Origin: a virus
DNA length: 64,000 nt
Direction: 5' to 3' (one strand)
IMG/VR virus record: IMGVR_UViG_3300031578_000004
Span: 32,001-96,000 of that record
This document shows, piece by piece, positions 1 through 10,558 of this stretch; within the stretch, counting starts at the first letter, position 1; every line of letters begins with the position of its first letter. Position numbers and translations under genes: made by a program. The notes beneath the pieces were generated by a model. It saw only the letters and a program-made list of their open reading frames with translations, did no database searches and was not told the origin of the DNA.

Positions 1-494
1 TCATATATTTGGTCTGCTGTCATATCTGCAAATCTACTTAGGTCATCATATACAGGAAACTTCATTTTGAGTAATTGTAAAACTACATTCCATTTTTTTA
101 ATTCATTGATATAACCATCCATATTTTCTTCTTTTACATATTCTTTTGCTTTTAGAATGGTATTGTAGCCACCGTAACTTGTATATTTTTCTTGTAATTT
201 AAGATGTTTTTCTAAATACAATCCTATGGTTATATCATCTAAAGACTTTTTATCTTCTTTAATTACAATATCATGAGCAATTGTATAATATACTTTCCAT
301 GCATTTTCGCTAAAGTCTTCTAGCTTTAAATTATCATATGTATATATTAATTCTAAATTTGAATAAAATATTGAAACTATATTTGCTTCAGCAGCTAGTT
401 TAAATTCTCTTACTTTTTTTACAGCTTTTACGAGTTCCTCTTCAAACGCTGTAATTTCTTTTTTTGTAGATGATTTTGTTGTTGTTTTTGCCAA
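1..494 (-). CDS. Replicative DnaB-like helicase, N-terminal part (runs off window)
   Basis: Own translation from TTG at 494: MAKTTTKSS...EANIVSIFY...YGGYNTI..., open to the window edge. Position after ATPase and SSB-like genes mirrors the SPbeta yorF-G-H-I order. Helicase motifs lie outside the window. Confidence 0.55.
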   Translation of the reverse strand, partial: MAKTTTKSSTKKEITAFEEELVKAVKKVREFKLAAEANIVSIFYSNLELIYTYDNLKLEDFSENAWKVYYTIAHDIVIKEDKKSLDDITIGLYLEKHLKLQEKYTSYGGYNTILKAKEYVKEENMDGYINELKKWNVVLQLLKMKFPVYDDLSRFADMTADQIY

Positions 495-506
495 TATATC
501 ACCGTC

Positions 507-950
507 CTAAAACCATAATTCATCTAAATCTTTATTAACTTGTGTTGTTTTACTTTTATATTCAGAGCCTTCATTAGTTTGATTTTCCATTTTCATTTTT
601 TCTATTTTATCTTCAGAATGTTTTACATTTTTCAATCTTATGGTTACATCATTTATTTCATTTTCTACAAATAACATAATAGTATTTATCTTATGTCTTT
701 CATCTTTAAATTTAGTTTGATTACCTATGAAGTATTGTAATATTTTAGACTTGCATATTTTAAATGTAATTAATATTGTTTTATAATCATAATTTGCTTG
801 AGGTGTTTGCTTTTTATTAGCAATAAACTGTCCACTCTCCAACCCTCTTAATCTTAACGCTAAATATTTAGGAAACTTCATATCATTTGGGTACTCTAAT
901 ATTTCTTTTTTTACATATTCACATAAATCATTCCACTCATTGTTAGCCAT
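507..950 (-). CDS. Hypothetical replication-module protein
   Basis: 147-aa ORF, AGGTG RBS, between ATPase and helicase genes. Confidence 0.6.
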   Translation of the reverse strand: MANNEWNDLCEYVKKEILEYPNDMKFPKYLALRLRGLESGQFIANKKQTPQANYDYKTILITFKICKSKILQYFIGNQTKFKDERHKINTIMLFVENEINDVTIRLKNVKHSEDKIEKMKMENQTNEGSEYKSKTTQVNKDLDELWF

Positions 951-1025
951 AGTCTCACCTCTAATTTAATATTTAGGAAGAGAAATTAATCTCTCCCCAT
1001 TATTAAAATCTATAATTTTATAATT

Positions 1026-2168
1026 TTATAATATTTCTATTAAATCTAATAACTCTTTTGCATGTTCTAAATTGTCAACCTTTGTAGGATTTATGTATCC
1101 TAACTCTTTTGATTTAACAAGTAAAGGCTTTAATTTATCTGTATTTGTTTTATTAGCCTTTACAAAATTTGTTATCTTTTTTAATACCTCATCTAATTCC
1201 TTTAAATCGAAATCTGCTTTCTTTATAGAAACATTTTTTTCAACAAGTTTTTCTTTCTCTTTTTCTTGCTCTTTTTTAGTATCTTCTGTAGATTTATTTC
1301 CAACTTGTTTATCATGCTCTACTTTTATTGCATCTTCAACTGCTTTTATAAACTCATCAGGATTCAAAGCTATAGTATCAATAATTTCTGAGAATCTTGA
1401 TTTTGAATCTATATTAAAATTGTCATCTCTAAAAGTAATAAGTCTTGTTTCATTTTCAATTGTACCTTTTACTTCATCTTTCTTTTCTTTGCCTTTTCCA
1501 ACTTTTTTACCAGTTTTAGCCTGAGTAATTTGTCTATCAATAGAAGCTACCCCAAGGACATGTAATTTATTTTTTATAGCATTAAAATATCTATTAGACA
1601 TATTAGTTGTGAGCATGTCATATTCAATACCAGTAACCACATCAGTTAATGTTCTTTTCTTTGTATGTCCTAGTATAAACATACTTACTCCGACTTTCTT
1701 TAATTCCCAAATTCTATCAGTAATAATTTCTATTGCTTTATCTTCTCCACTCATATATCCACCGAAAGCTGCTTTTATTGTTGTAACTGGCTTATCGGGA
1801 TTTTCACTATTGTGTAGTCTTATAACTTCCGGTTCTGCTATTTCAAATAATTCATCCAGTGTATCATATACAATAACTTTTAAATCTTTATAATCTGTAA
1901 GTTTATTTTCCAATATATCATCAGTAATTTCTTCAAATGCATCCCAATCTGGAACGTCTTCATACATTGCACCAGCAATGGCATCTATACCATCTTCTTT
2001 ACCTATATTTGCTATTATATATCCATTTTCTCCAACTAACTTCTCACAAACCTCTTTTGCAAGAGTAGTCTTTCCAATTCCACTTTCTCCAATTAACCCT
2101 AAATTATAAGCTAAAGGGTCTATCTTAATTACATTCTTTTTACCGAATTTCCCCAAAACATATTCCAC
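1026..2168 (-). CDS. P-loop ATPase (AAA_24/Sak4-like, SPbeta YorG-like)
   Basis: Walker A GESGIGKT, Walker B VIVYDT, LGH motif. Confidence 0.75.
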   Translation of the reverse strand: MEYVLGKFGKKNVIKIDPLAYNLGLIGESGIGKTTLAKEVCEKLVGENGYIIANIGKEDGIDAIAGAMYEDVPDWDAFEEITDDILENKLTDYKDLKVIVYDTLDELFEIAEPEVIRLHNSENPDKPVTTIKAAFGGYMSGEDKAIEIITDRIWELKKVGVSMFILGHTKKRTLTDVVTGIEYDMLTTNMSNRYFNAIKNKLHVLGVASIDRQITQAKTGKKVGKGKEKKDEVKGTIENETRLITFRDDNFNIDSKSRFSEIIDTIALNPDEFIKAVEDAIKVEHDKQVGNKSTEDTKKEQEKEKEKLVEKNVSIKKADFDLKELDEVLKKITNFVKANKTNTDKLKPLLVKSKELGYINPTKVDNLEHAKELLDLIEIL

Positions 2169-2201
2169 CTTTCAATTATTTAATTTAATTATTTAAGTTG
2201 A

Positions 2202-2224
2202 GAGGAGAGCGATAAACTCTCCTC
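2202..2224 (-). terminator. Hairpin, probable terminator
   Basis: gaggagag-cgataaa-ctctcctc inverted repeat just after the stop of 2243..3427. Confidence 0.5.
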
Positions 2225-2242
2225 GTGTAATTTTACTTAATT

Positions 2243-3427
2243 TTAATCTTCGCCTAGTGCATCTAACCAAGATGTATCTTCTTCAGGTTCTTTTTTATCT
2301 ACGTCAAATGGCACTTCTCCATCCTCGTCATCCTCATCATCTTCAAGCATAAAATCAAATATTAAATCTTCATCTTTATATTTTTCTTCTTCTTTTAGTA
2401 TAATTGGTTTCTTATTATCATCTTCGCCAACCATTTTAATAGTAGGTCTACGAATAATCATTCTTTTTTCTTTAGTACCTCCAACAGCAAGTTTATTAAC
2501 TGCATCTTCCATTGTGTAAGCACCCATCTCAATTAATTCCATAATATCAGCAGGTATATCTTTTTCAGTGATATTTACTAATGATTGACCTTCTACTATA
2601 TCACCTTCAAGAGTTATTTCTGTATAACCCTTCTTAACCTTTAGTATTTTGTCAATAAACTTCTTAGTGTTTTCTGGATTCTTTTTATCTACTTCTAGGT
2701 CAAAAATCTTACTAAAAGCAATATTCTGTTTAACTAATTTGTCGTTATATTCTTTTATATAATCAACTATTCTAACTTTAATAGGATATAACGCTTTATC
2801 CTTATCTAACTTGCCAACACAATCTTTATTAATTAATACAGTTTGTGTAAACGTTGCCTTATACCTAGATGAATCGTCTACTTTTGATAAGAATATACTC
2901 TTAATTTCTTTTGATGCTTGAGTAACATCATTATAAGTTTTATATTTAAACTCACCCTTAACATTAATAACCATTCCACTTTCAAGATGCTCTTTTACAT
3001 ATTCAATTGCATCATATGCTGATAAAAATTTCTTAGCATATACTTTATCTTTCTTATCTTTTTCTAATCCAACAGTTATAAAGCATTTTTCACCTAGCGT
3101 TTCAAGTATATCTTCATCAAATCTGTCTTCCCAAGCTATTGTAAATCTGTTTTCAAAATCATCTACATCTTTGTCATTGTTATTCTTTTTCTTACCATGA
3201 ACATATAATACATTCTCTCTATCTGAGCCATATCCACCCATTAAGTCAGCATAGACTACATTACCATTTCCACAATCAACACCTAAGTTTAATTGATTCC
3301 AAATCCAATCTGACTTCTTGGAAGTTTCATCAATCTTAAATGTAAAATCTGTAATCTTAGCTTCACCTATAAACTGAAATAGTGATTGACCTTTCTTTAG
3401 TGGTTTTTTTACTTCTTGTTTAGCCAT
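2243..3427 (-). CDS. Putative ssDNA-binding protein (SPbeta YorF-like)
   Basis: 394 aa, beta-rich, strongly acidic C-tail (EDDEDDEDGEVPF...WLDALGED), next to the ATPase. Confidence 0.5.
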   Translation of the reverse strand: MAKQEVKKPLKKGQSLFQFIGEAKITDFTFKIDETSKKSDWIWNQLNLGVDCGNGNVVYADLMGGYGSDRENVLYVHGKKKNNNDKDVDDFENRFTIAWEDRFDEDILETLGEKCFITVGLEKDKKDKVYAKKFLSAYDAIEYVKEHLESGMVINVKGEFKYKTYNDVTQASKEIKSIFLSKVDDSSRYKATFTQTVLINKDCVGKLDKDKALYPIKVRIVDYIKEYNDKLVKQNIAFSKIFDLEVDKKNPENTKKFIDKILKVKKGYTEITLEGDIVEGQSLVNITEKDIPADIMELIEMGAYTMEDAVNKLAVGGTKEKRMIIRRPTIKMVGEDDNKKPIILKEEEKYKDEDLIFDFMLEDDEDDEDGEVPFDVDKKEPEEDTSWLDALGED

Positions 3428-3621
3428 TATATATGTATCCTCCTAATATTCTATTATTATTTTTATAGTTATCATTCTTTATATTGCATTGTTCCTTATA
3501 ATTCAGTATATTTTATTTTAATAGGTGGACTTTTAGCTCTACGGATAACTTTACGTATGCCCTTCTTGAACTTTATACTTATCAACTCCTTATAATTATT
3601 TTAAAATTTCAATATTCTATC

Positions 3622-3825
3622 CTAACACAACTCTAACCATCTAATGCTAAAATTATAATCACTACCTACTAAATAGTAACTAGCATCACTATCAGTACCA
3701 AAATACCTATCCACAATAAATTCTTTATCAAACATTTCATTTAACTCATATTGAGGTATTCCAGATTCATACTGTGTTGTAGTTGTTTTAACTTTTACTT
3801 TTTCTCCAACTTCGATTAATTCCAT
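3622..3825 (-). CDS. Hypothetical protein
   Basis: ORF with GGAG RBS, co-oriented. Confidence 0.6.
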   Translation of the reverse strand: MELIEVGEKVKVKTTTTQYESGIPQYELNEMFDKEFIVDRYFGTDSDASYYLVGSDYNFSIRWLELC

Positions 3826-3837
3826 AATATCTCCCTC

Positions 3838-4173
3838 TTAATTAACCATATAATCTTTTATATCACTAGCTCTCCTATGTCTAGCCATTTGAACGTTTAC
3901 ATCAGCCTTAAATCTGCCTTCTTTATTCTGTATTACCTGTCTCATCTTATGTACTGATATAATTGATAAATCCATAATATGTAAATCCTTTAAATCTTTT
4001 GCACCAAGTTCTTCACAACACTTCAAATACAATGTCGTATCATTTGCTCTAGTCTCTGGATAATATTCTAATGTGTGTTCTACAAGGTCTTTAATTGTAT
4101 TTAGGTGATTGGTTATTGAATTTATTGTAGTCGTATTTGTGTTTGTGTTAATGTTTGTAACCTCCTTATTCAT
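3838..4173 (-). CDS. Hypothetical phage protein
   Basis: 111-aa co-oriented ORF. Confidence 0.6.
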   Translation of the reverse strand: MNKEVTNINTNTNTTTINSITNHLNTIKDLVEHTLEYYPETRANDTTLYLKCCEELGAKDLKDLHIMDLSIISVHKMRQVIQNKEGRFKADVNVQMARHRRASDIKDYMVN

Positions 4174-4317
4174 TTAGTTTTATATTTCTCTTTTATATTT
4201 TTTATAATTTAAAGTGAAATTCTCCGCACTCAATCCCTACAGCCATCTTTCAAACTGAGCTAAGTCATAGATGGATACGATTTTTTCATCACTTAGGGAC
4301 TTTCCCTATCTATTGTA

Positions 4318-4509
4318 TTAAACTTCAACCACTTCATCAGTAACTAATTGACATTGTAATTTTGTATTCTTTATATTTGTTCTCACTATGTAATATTGAT
4401 TCAAATGTTTATAATATGGATAACCAAACATATTTGCCTCAATCATTAAATGCTCATTTGTTACTGCTTCATTCTTTAGTATGTAATTGCTATTAATTCT
4501 TCTTATCAT
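4318..4509 (-). CDS. Hypothetical protein
   Basis: ORF with GGAG RBS. Confidence 0.5.
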   Translation of the reverse strand: MIRRINSNYILKNEAVTNEHLMIEANMFGYPYYKHLNQYYIVRTNIKNTKLQCQLVTDEVVEV

Positions 4510-4518
4510 ATGTATCTC

Positions 4519-4773
4519 CTATATAACGTCAAATCTATATGTAGAATTTTCTGTATACACCCAAATTCCTCCATCTGTCTCTTCAAACTTTTCTACGTAT
4601 GAAGTTCTCATTGCTTTACCTTTTAATTCTTCTGAATCATACTCAAACCACATTGGAGTATTTATTTCTAAATAGGATATTAAACCAGTTCTACCTATTG
4701 TATGTTGAGCAGATTCTTTTGGAGTCTTTGCATCCTTTTCATAAACAGCACCTATTATGTATCTTTGTTGCAT
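4519..4773 (-). CDS. Hypothetical protein
   Basis: ORF with GGAGG RBS, downstream of promoter. Confidence 0.65.
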   Translation of the reverse strand: MQQRYIIGAVYEKDAKTPKESAQHTIGRTGLISYLEINTPMWFEYDSEELKGKAMRTSYVEKFEETDGGIWVYTENSTYRFDVI

Positions 4774-4817
4774 GTTTTCCTCCTTACTATTTTTATATTA
4801 TTTGTTATTACTTATTA

Positions 4818-4845
4818 AGTATATCACAGATTTGTAGCGTGTCAA
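4818..4845 (-). promoter_or_regulatory. sigmaA-type promoter, 16-bp spacer
   Basis: TTGACA-CGCTACAAATCTGTGA-TATACT. Confidence 0.65.
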
Positions 4846-4863
4846 TATGTAGTTTTATAGTTT

Positions 4864-5058
4864 TTATTCTTCATCTAACAAATATTTATAACTATATAAT
4901 TCTTCATTTAATTCATCCGCCCAAGTAATTAAATCATCAATTTTTACATTTTCAGATACAAAAATTGAATATTCATGTATTGCTCTACTTAATTCTTGTA
5001 TTCTTAATAATTTATGTATTCTTTTAGGGGTTACACCCAATGGTGGTTTATTCATCAA
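4864..5058 (-). CDS. Hypothetical phage protein
   Basis: KPPLGVTP...RIQELSRAI, GGAGG RBS. Confidence 0.6.
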   Translation of the reverse strand: MMNKPPLGVTPKRIHKLLRIQELSRAIHEYSIFVSENVKIDDLITWADELNEELYSYKYLLDEE

Positions 5059-5183
5059 AATAATTTCCTCCTTTTCCTATAAAATCTCCATACTGAAGTT
5101 ATTTTATAATCAACAATGGGATGATATAGAGAGGAATTACCAGAGTAACCCATTTTCTATAGTCCCATTGTTGTTCTCATTTA

Positions 5184-5900
5184 TTATTCTTCCTCTTCAA
5201 TATCCTCTTCAACATTCCTATTTAACCAATCACAATACTTCTTACATTCTTCTTTTGAACTAAACAACGTGTCATCAAGGTCTGAAGCCACCGATTCATC
5301 AAATACATTAACAAGTTGAGTAAATTCCAGTTTGTTCCATCTATAATCATCGCCACTTCTATCTTGATATTTTGGAGTAATACCAAATTTCTTTTCATAA
5401 CTGTCTGATTTATATAAGTTTAATATTTGTATTACAGAATGTTTAGGTACATAATAAGCATAATTTTTCAAACATAAACAATCTTTTTGTACAATATCAC
5501 CTTTTAGAGAAGTATATGTAACCTTTCTATTTTCGTCACAATCTTTACATTTTCTTTTCATTTTATATGTATGTACTGCATAATATCCACTATATTGCTC
5601 TTCAAATGGTTTTAATAATTCTGAAAACTTCTTACGGTAGAAGTTACTTTCTAGGCTACTTTCTAATGTCTTTTCTCTAGCATCTAACACCCTTTGTTTT
5701 TGCTCTACTTGATTTTGTGAATCTCTTAATTTTTTATTTTCCTCTTTAAGCCTTGTATTCTCAGATTTAGTATTTTCTATACTAGACTTAACACTGTCTA
5801 ATAAAGCATCCTTCATTTTCTGTTGATACTCTATTAGTATCTCATCGGCTACAGTTGGTTCGTAATATGGTTCATTGTTGTAATCATCTTCGTAAAACAT
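5184..5900 (-). CDS. Hypothetical coiled-coil/Cys-motif protein
   Basis: 238 aa, coiled coil then CxxC and CxC. Confidence 0.65.
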   Translation of the reverse strand: MFYEDDYNNEPYYEPTVADEILIEYQQKMKDALLDSVKSSIENTKSENTRLKEENKKLRDSQNQVEQKQRVLDAREKTLESSLESNFYRKKFSELLKPFEEQYSGYYAVHTYKMKRKCKDCDENRKVTYTSLKGDIVQKDCLCLKNYAYYVPKHSVIQILNLYKSDSYEKKFGITPKYQDRSGDDYRWNKLEFTQLVNVFDESVASDLDDTLFSSKEECKKYCDWLNRNVEEDIEEEE

Positions 5901-5933
5901 TATTTATCTTTCCTCCCTAATAATATTATTTAT

Positions 5934-6146
5934 TTAATATATCTTATCACTTAACCTATCAACTAATTCATATATTTCTTTTATTTCTGACAGAGCAGTA
6001 AGTGGTTCTAGTTTGTCTTTTATCTCATTTAGATAACATTCTATATCATTAATAGTGTCTTTTGCATCTTCTAGTGTTATATAAGTTATTCCATCAAAAT
6101 CTATACTATCTCGCTCTAAGTCTTTTCTAAATTCACCTTTTGACAA
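5934..6146 (-). CDS. Hypothetical protein
   Basis: ORF with AGGAG RBS. Confidence 0.6.
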   Translation of the reverse strand: MSKGEFRKDLERDSIDFDGITYITLEDAKDTINDIECYLNEIKDKLEPLTALSEIKEIYELVDRLSDKIY

Positions 6147-6208
6147 TTGATTTCTCCTTTCTTTTTATATGTTTATATTAATTATGTATCAGATAGTAGA
6201 GAAGGGAA

Positions 6209-8179
6209 TTAACCCTTTCTCCCTATCATTTCATTAAACTGTTGCTCTGTAATTATAGGTACTCCCACTTCTTTAGCTTTTTGATTTTTACCAGACACAG
6301 AAGTAATATCACTATTTATTAAATATGCTGTATTCTTTGATACACTTCCTGATAACTTCCCATTGAGTGAAATTATTAAGTCCCCTAATTCATTCCTATT
6401 CTTATAGGTTGTGACTTCACCAGTAACTACAAACGTTTTACCTGTTAAATCTGTTAGTGTATTATTAACTTTCTTTTCTTCTTGAATAATCTCAAGTTCT
6501 TCAATTAAATAAATCCACATTCTTGATTCATTTTTATCCTTATACCATTTATTAATTGACTCACTTGTAATACTACCGAAATCCTCTAATTTACTAAAAT
6601 TAAATCCAAAACTACAAGCTCTTAAAAATTCTTGTAAATTATTATTAAAATATTTCGCAATTGTTTTACTTGACGAAACACCTATATTTGGTATTCCTAA
6701 AGCATATATGAAGCTACTTAATTTAGCTTTTCTTGATTTATCTATGGCTTGAATAAGTTTATTATAACTTCTATCTCCCCAGCCTTCTAATTCAAGGATT
6801 TCACACTTATAATCTTCGAGACCGTAAATATCATCAAAATATTGTATAAAACCTTTACTGATAAACAATTCAATTCCTGCTTCAGAGAATCCATCTATAT
6901 TCATTGCATTCTTTGAACAGAAATGCACAACTTTATTAATCAACTTAGCAGGACAATTATCATTTTCACAGAATAAAAATCTTGCTTCTTTAGGTCTTCT
7001 AATAATAATATTACTTTCACATGAAGGACAATGCATATCTATTTTATAAGCACCAGAACGAGTTAGGTTATCTTCTATTTGAGGAATTACTGCATTGGCT
7101 CGATAAACCGTAACTATATCTCCTACACCTAATTCTAGTTCTTCAAATATATCATAATTGTGTAAACTTGCCCTTGATACTTCTACTCCATCAATATTAG
7201 TAGTATCAAATAATCCTGTAATTGAAACCATTCCTGTACGAGTAGTATTTAATTCTACCCCTCTAAATATTGTTTCATTTGTTTCATCAATCCACTTGAG
7301 AGCAAACATATTTTTGGTATGATGTCCTGTAAGACCTTGCATTTTACCATATATTATATCATTAAATTCAAATATCAATCCATCTGTCAGATAATCAAGT
7401 GTTTCAATTTGTCTTTTAAAATAACCAATTGCATTATTTATATTGTTATTAGTAACATCTACACTTTCAACTACATCAAATCCTAAAGATTTTAAAAATT
7501 CAAACTGTAGATTTTTATATAGGATATAATTATCACACTTTACAATTCCAAATGTTATAAATATAAGATTTCTATTCTTCGTAATTGTAGCATCTAATTG
7601 TCTTACGCTTCCTGCTGCCAAATTTCTAGGACTTGAATAAGGCTCTTCGCCTTTAGCTATTAATTCAGCATTTATTCTTTCAAAATCTTTAAATGTAACT
7701 AATCCTTCTCCACGAATTTCAAGATAGTTTTTATATTCTATTGTTAAAGGAATATTAGTAAAAGTTCTTACGGTGTGTGTTACATCCTCGCCGATATCAC
7801 CCCCACCACGTGTAATTGCTTGTAGAAACTTACCATCAATGTATTTTAATACCAACGTTAAACCGTCTAACTTCCATGATAATACACAATTTTGATTGCC
7901 CATGAATTTAATTACATCAGTTATATCTTTTGATTTCTCTGCTGATAACATAGGTTCTGTATGTTGTACTTTTGTTAGACTATCTATTATTTCACCTTGA
8001 ACCTTTTGAGTTGGTGATGAAGACATAATATAGTTTGTTTGTTGCTCAAGTGTTTCTAATTCTGAATATAACTTATCATATTCTTTATCTGTAATTTCAG
8101 GCTTATCTTGAGTGTAATATAATTTACTATGATAATTACAAAGTTTAATTAACTCTTGAATCCTTTTAATATTTTCCAT
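6209..8179 (-). CDS. ligA: NAD-dependent DNA ligase
   Basis: KLDG adenylation motif, TRGGG, EIRGE, PRNLAAGS, Zn finger, HhH repeats, C-terminal BRCT. Start moved to MENIKR after GGAGG. Confidence 0.95.
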   Translation of the reverse strand: MENIKRIQELIKLCNYHSKLYYTQDKPEITDKEYDKLYSELETLEQQTNYIMSSSPTQKVQGEIIDSLTKVQHTEPMLSAEKSKDITDVIKFMGNQNCVLSWKLDGLTLVLKYIDGKFLQAITRGGGDIGEDVTHTVRTFTNIPLTIEYKNYLEIRGEGLVTFKDFERINAELIAKGEEPYSSPRNLAAGSVRQLDATITKNRNLIFITFGIVKCDNYILYKNLQFEFLKSLGFDVVESVDVTNNNINNAIGYFKRQIETLDYLTDGLIFEFNDIIYGKMQGLTGHHTKNMFALKWIDETNETIFRGVELNTTRTGMVSITGLFDTTNIDGVEVSRASLHNYDIFEELELGVGDIVTVYRANAVIPQIEDNLTRSGAYKIDMHCPSCESNIIIRRPKEARFLFCENDNCPAKLINKVVHFCSKNAMNIDGFSEAGIELFISKGFIQYFDDIYGLEDYKCEILELEGWGDRSYNKLIQAIDKSRKAKLSSFIYALGIPNIGVSSSKTIAKYFNNNLQEFLRACSFGFNFSKLEDFGSITSESINKWYKDKNESRMWIYLIEELEIIQEEKKVNNTLTDLTGKTFVVTGEVTTYKNRNELGDLIISLNGKLSGSVSKNTAYLINSDITSVSGKNQKAKEVGVPIITEQQFNEMIGRKG

Positions 8180-8195
8180 ATATATTCCCTCCTTC

Positions 8196-8651
8196 TTAAT
8201 AATTGTCATAGTATCTATATAGACTAGACACACTAATATCTCTTTCTATACTACCATCATATATTACATATGTATTGATTAACTTCCCACCTAGTCTTTC
8301 TATTTCATTTTTTATCGCATTTCTAGTCTTACCACTGTAAAAACTATCATCTATGAATATATAATCTTCAGTTTTTATTTTGTATTCTAAGTATGTTAAA
8401 TCTTTTATTTTTATATTCTTTCTTAGTCCACCACTTACAACTATAATATTGGGATGGCTACTAAACAAATTCTTAAAGAATACACCGAATTTACCAGATA
8501 CTATTATATTCTTTCTATCATGTTTTATAGAGTCAAATAAATCATATACTACTGGTATTTCTTGTATTGTTTTATCAAGATGGTCAAAGAATTTTTCTCC
8601 GCCTTTATGTTGCTCTAAACATTGTCTTACTATTTCGTCTAATAAATTCAA
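8196..8651 (-). CDS. Phosphoribosyltransferase-like protein
   Basis: PRPP-loop-like motif IFIDDSFYSGKT. Confidence 0.65.
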   Translation of the reverse strand: MNLLDEIVRQCLEQHKGGEKFFDHLDKTIQEIPVVYDLFDSIKHDRKNIIVSGKFGVFFKNLFSSHPNIIVVSGGLRKNIKIKDLTYLEYKIKTEDYIFIDDSFYSGKTRNAIKNEIERLGGKLINTYVIYDGSIERDISVSSLYRYYDNY

Positions 8652-8673
8652 ATGTATTCCTCCTTTTATATAA

Positions 8674-8701
8674 ATTATATCATAGATATTTAGCGTGTCA
8701 A
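8674..8701 (-). promoter_or_regulatory. sigmaA-type promoter, 16-bp spacer
   Basis: TTGACA-CGCTAAATATCTATGA-TATAAT, near copy of the promoter at 4818. Confidence 0.65.
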
Positions 8702-8731
8702 TGCGTAATTTTATATTATTTGTTTATAATA

Positions 8732-8917
8732 CTATATTAATTCCACAAAATCAGATGCTTTTACTATTTCAAGTAACAAATCAAATTTACTATTTCTTAA
8801 TTCTTCTACTTGCAAAATCACATATTGAGAACTTTCAATCACTCCCATATTTGTATTTGCAAAGTTTGAATCATGATGCACTTTAACTATTTTACTTTTG
8901 GGGTGAGACTTTACCAT
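8732..8917 (-). CDS. Hypothetical protein
   Basis: ORF with RBS. Confidence 0.5.
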   Translation of the reverse strand: MVKSHPKSKIVKVHHDSNFANTNMGVIESSQYVILQVEELRNSKFDLLLEIVKASDFVELI

Positions 8918-8933
8918 TCTTATGTCTCCTTTC

Positions 8934-9134
8934 TTATTTAGTCCACAAGTAATCTAAAAAATCTATATACTCATTAAGCTTCTCAATAGTAATTCTTTCA
9001 AAAGACTTTTCTTCCATTCTAAACTCATATTCACTACTTCTTATAAAGTCTAAATAATTTTCCACTGGCATTATAACTGAAAGAGTATCAAAATTACATC
9101 TTTGGTTTAACTTTTCTTGTACTGCTTTATCCAT
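8934..9134 (-). CDS. Hypothetical protein
   Basis: ORF with RBS. Confidence 0.55.
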   Translation of the reverse strand: MDKAVQEKLNQRCNFDTLSVIMPVENYLDFIRSSEYEFRMEEKSFERITIEKLNEYIDFLDYLWTK

Positions 9135-9145
9135 TTACAATCTCC

Positions 9146-9454
9146 TTACTCATACTCATTAACACATTCAATATCCTTCAATTCTTCTTTAGTCAAAGGC
9201 AATACATGTTGTTCTAATATATCAAAACCTCTGAAACTAAAATTATATTTATGTCCACATAAACGACAATACATATGGAATTCCTGACCATTTCCATCTG
9301 ATTCATAAAATTCTAAAGTGCCATCATCATTAATATAATATTCAGTATAAGTATTATCTTCAATCTTTAATACTAGCCTATTATCATCTTCATTTTCTTT
9401 ATAATACTTAATACAGTCTATATTCTTACATTTGAATTTTTTATTTATTTTCAT
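9146..9454 (-). CDS. Hypothetical protein with Cys motifs
   Basis: GGAGG RBS; CxxxxC and CxxC. Confidence 0.6.
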   Translation of the reverse strand: MKINKKFKCKNIDCIKYYKENEDDNRLVLKIEDNTYTEYYINDDGTLEFYESDGNGQEFHMYCRLCGHKYNFSFRGFDILEQHVLPLTKEELKDIECVNEYE

Positions 9455-9469
9455 AATTTCCTCCTTTTT

Positions 9470-10558
9470 CTAACTAATTTCAAACTTATAACGCTCATCG
9501 CTATCATCTGAATAGCTTTCAATATCACATATATCTTTACTCATGACCTGTTCAAAACTTACGTCATAATTTTTAATAATAAAGGTTTTAGCTTCTCCTA
9601 TGTTTTTAAAATCTTGTACGGCTACTTCTTTATCATCATAATCTTTTACAATTAATCTAATACCACTTAAAGTAATGTCTAACAAACTAATAATCTCTTT
9701 TACTTCAGCAACATTAGACCATTTTCTCAAAACAATATCAAAATCTTTGTTCTTTTTTAAATCTTGAATTTCTGACTCTTCAAGTAATTTAACACAATTC
9801 AAAGCAATATCATGTAAACCGCAATCTAACAACGCTATTATTACTTTAGTTTTATAATAATCATACTGTTTAAAATATTTAACTAAACCATTTTCAAGTA
9901 AATATCTTATATTTGTTTTAGATGCTGTACTAGTATCTTTTCTGTTGAAATTACTTTTTATTGTATTGTCATAATCATTGCTAAGTATTATATCTTTTAG
10001 TGAAATTTCAAATTCTGTAAATGTTTCTTTTATGTATTTAAAGTAGTCATACAATCTTATGTCATAACCTTCGTTTGCATATGAAAGATTCTCAAACATC
10101 TGAGATGAAAAATCCTCAAGTAATCTATCATTATACATTTCTTGAAATACCTCTTCTTTGTTTGCAAATTTCTTGACAACATCAAACTCTGAAACCTCAT
10201 AAATTACCCTTGTTAAATAACTATAATTATTTCTTACTTCGTTTGAAGCCAATGGTTTAATTTTATATATTATATAATTATCATAATCATATAAATAAGT
10301 TGTAAATGAAGAGTTATATATAGTGTCTAATGTAAATTTACAATTATATAAGTTACAATATCCAGAGTCTAATTGTTTAATTGTATCTTGTTGTTGTTTT
10401 AAGTTTTTATTTTTTTCTTTTAGTTCATCTGCTGACAACTTTTTCTTATCTTTCTGTGGTTTAAAATGATTTTCTCCATATTTACACAAAGTCAAATAAC
10501 AATTTTCAAGTGGTACTTTTACATTATATTTTTCTAGTGGTAATGAGTAAAAAGCCAT
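9470..10558 (-). CDS. Hypothetical protein
   Basis: 362-aa ORF, no recognised motif. Confidence 0.7.
   Translation of the reverse strand: MAFYSLPLEKYNVKVPLENCYLTLCKYGENHFKPQKDKKKLSADELKEKNKNLKQQQDTIKQLDSGYCNLYNCKFTLDTIYNSSFTTYLYDYDNYIIYKIKPLASNEVRNNYSYLTRVIYEVSEFDVVKKFANKEEVFQEMYNDRLLEDFSSQMFENLSYANEGYDIRLYDYFKYIKETFTEFEISLKDIILSNDYDNTIKSNFNRKDTSTASKTNIRYLLENGLVKYFKQYDYYKTKVIIALLDCGLHDIALNCVKLLEESEIQDLKKNKDFDIVLRKWSNVAEVKEIISLLDITLSGIRLIVKDYDDKEVAVQDFKNIGEAKTFIIKNYDVSFEQVMSKDICDIESYSDDSDERYKFEIS

Noticed and set aside
1072-1893. Plus-strand ORFs here and similar antisense ORFs across both arms (e.g. 11216, 25179, 38317, 60716)
   Set aside because: Shadows of real genes on the other strand; F/S/L-rich and without RBS.
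4214-4310. Hammerhead or pistol ribozyme
   Set aside because: Core motifs (CUGAUGA...GAAA; pistol stem and pseudoknot pattern) are incomplete.
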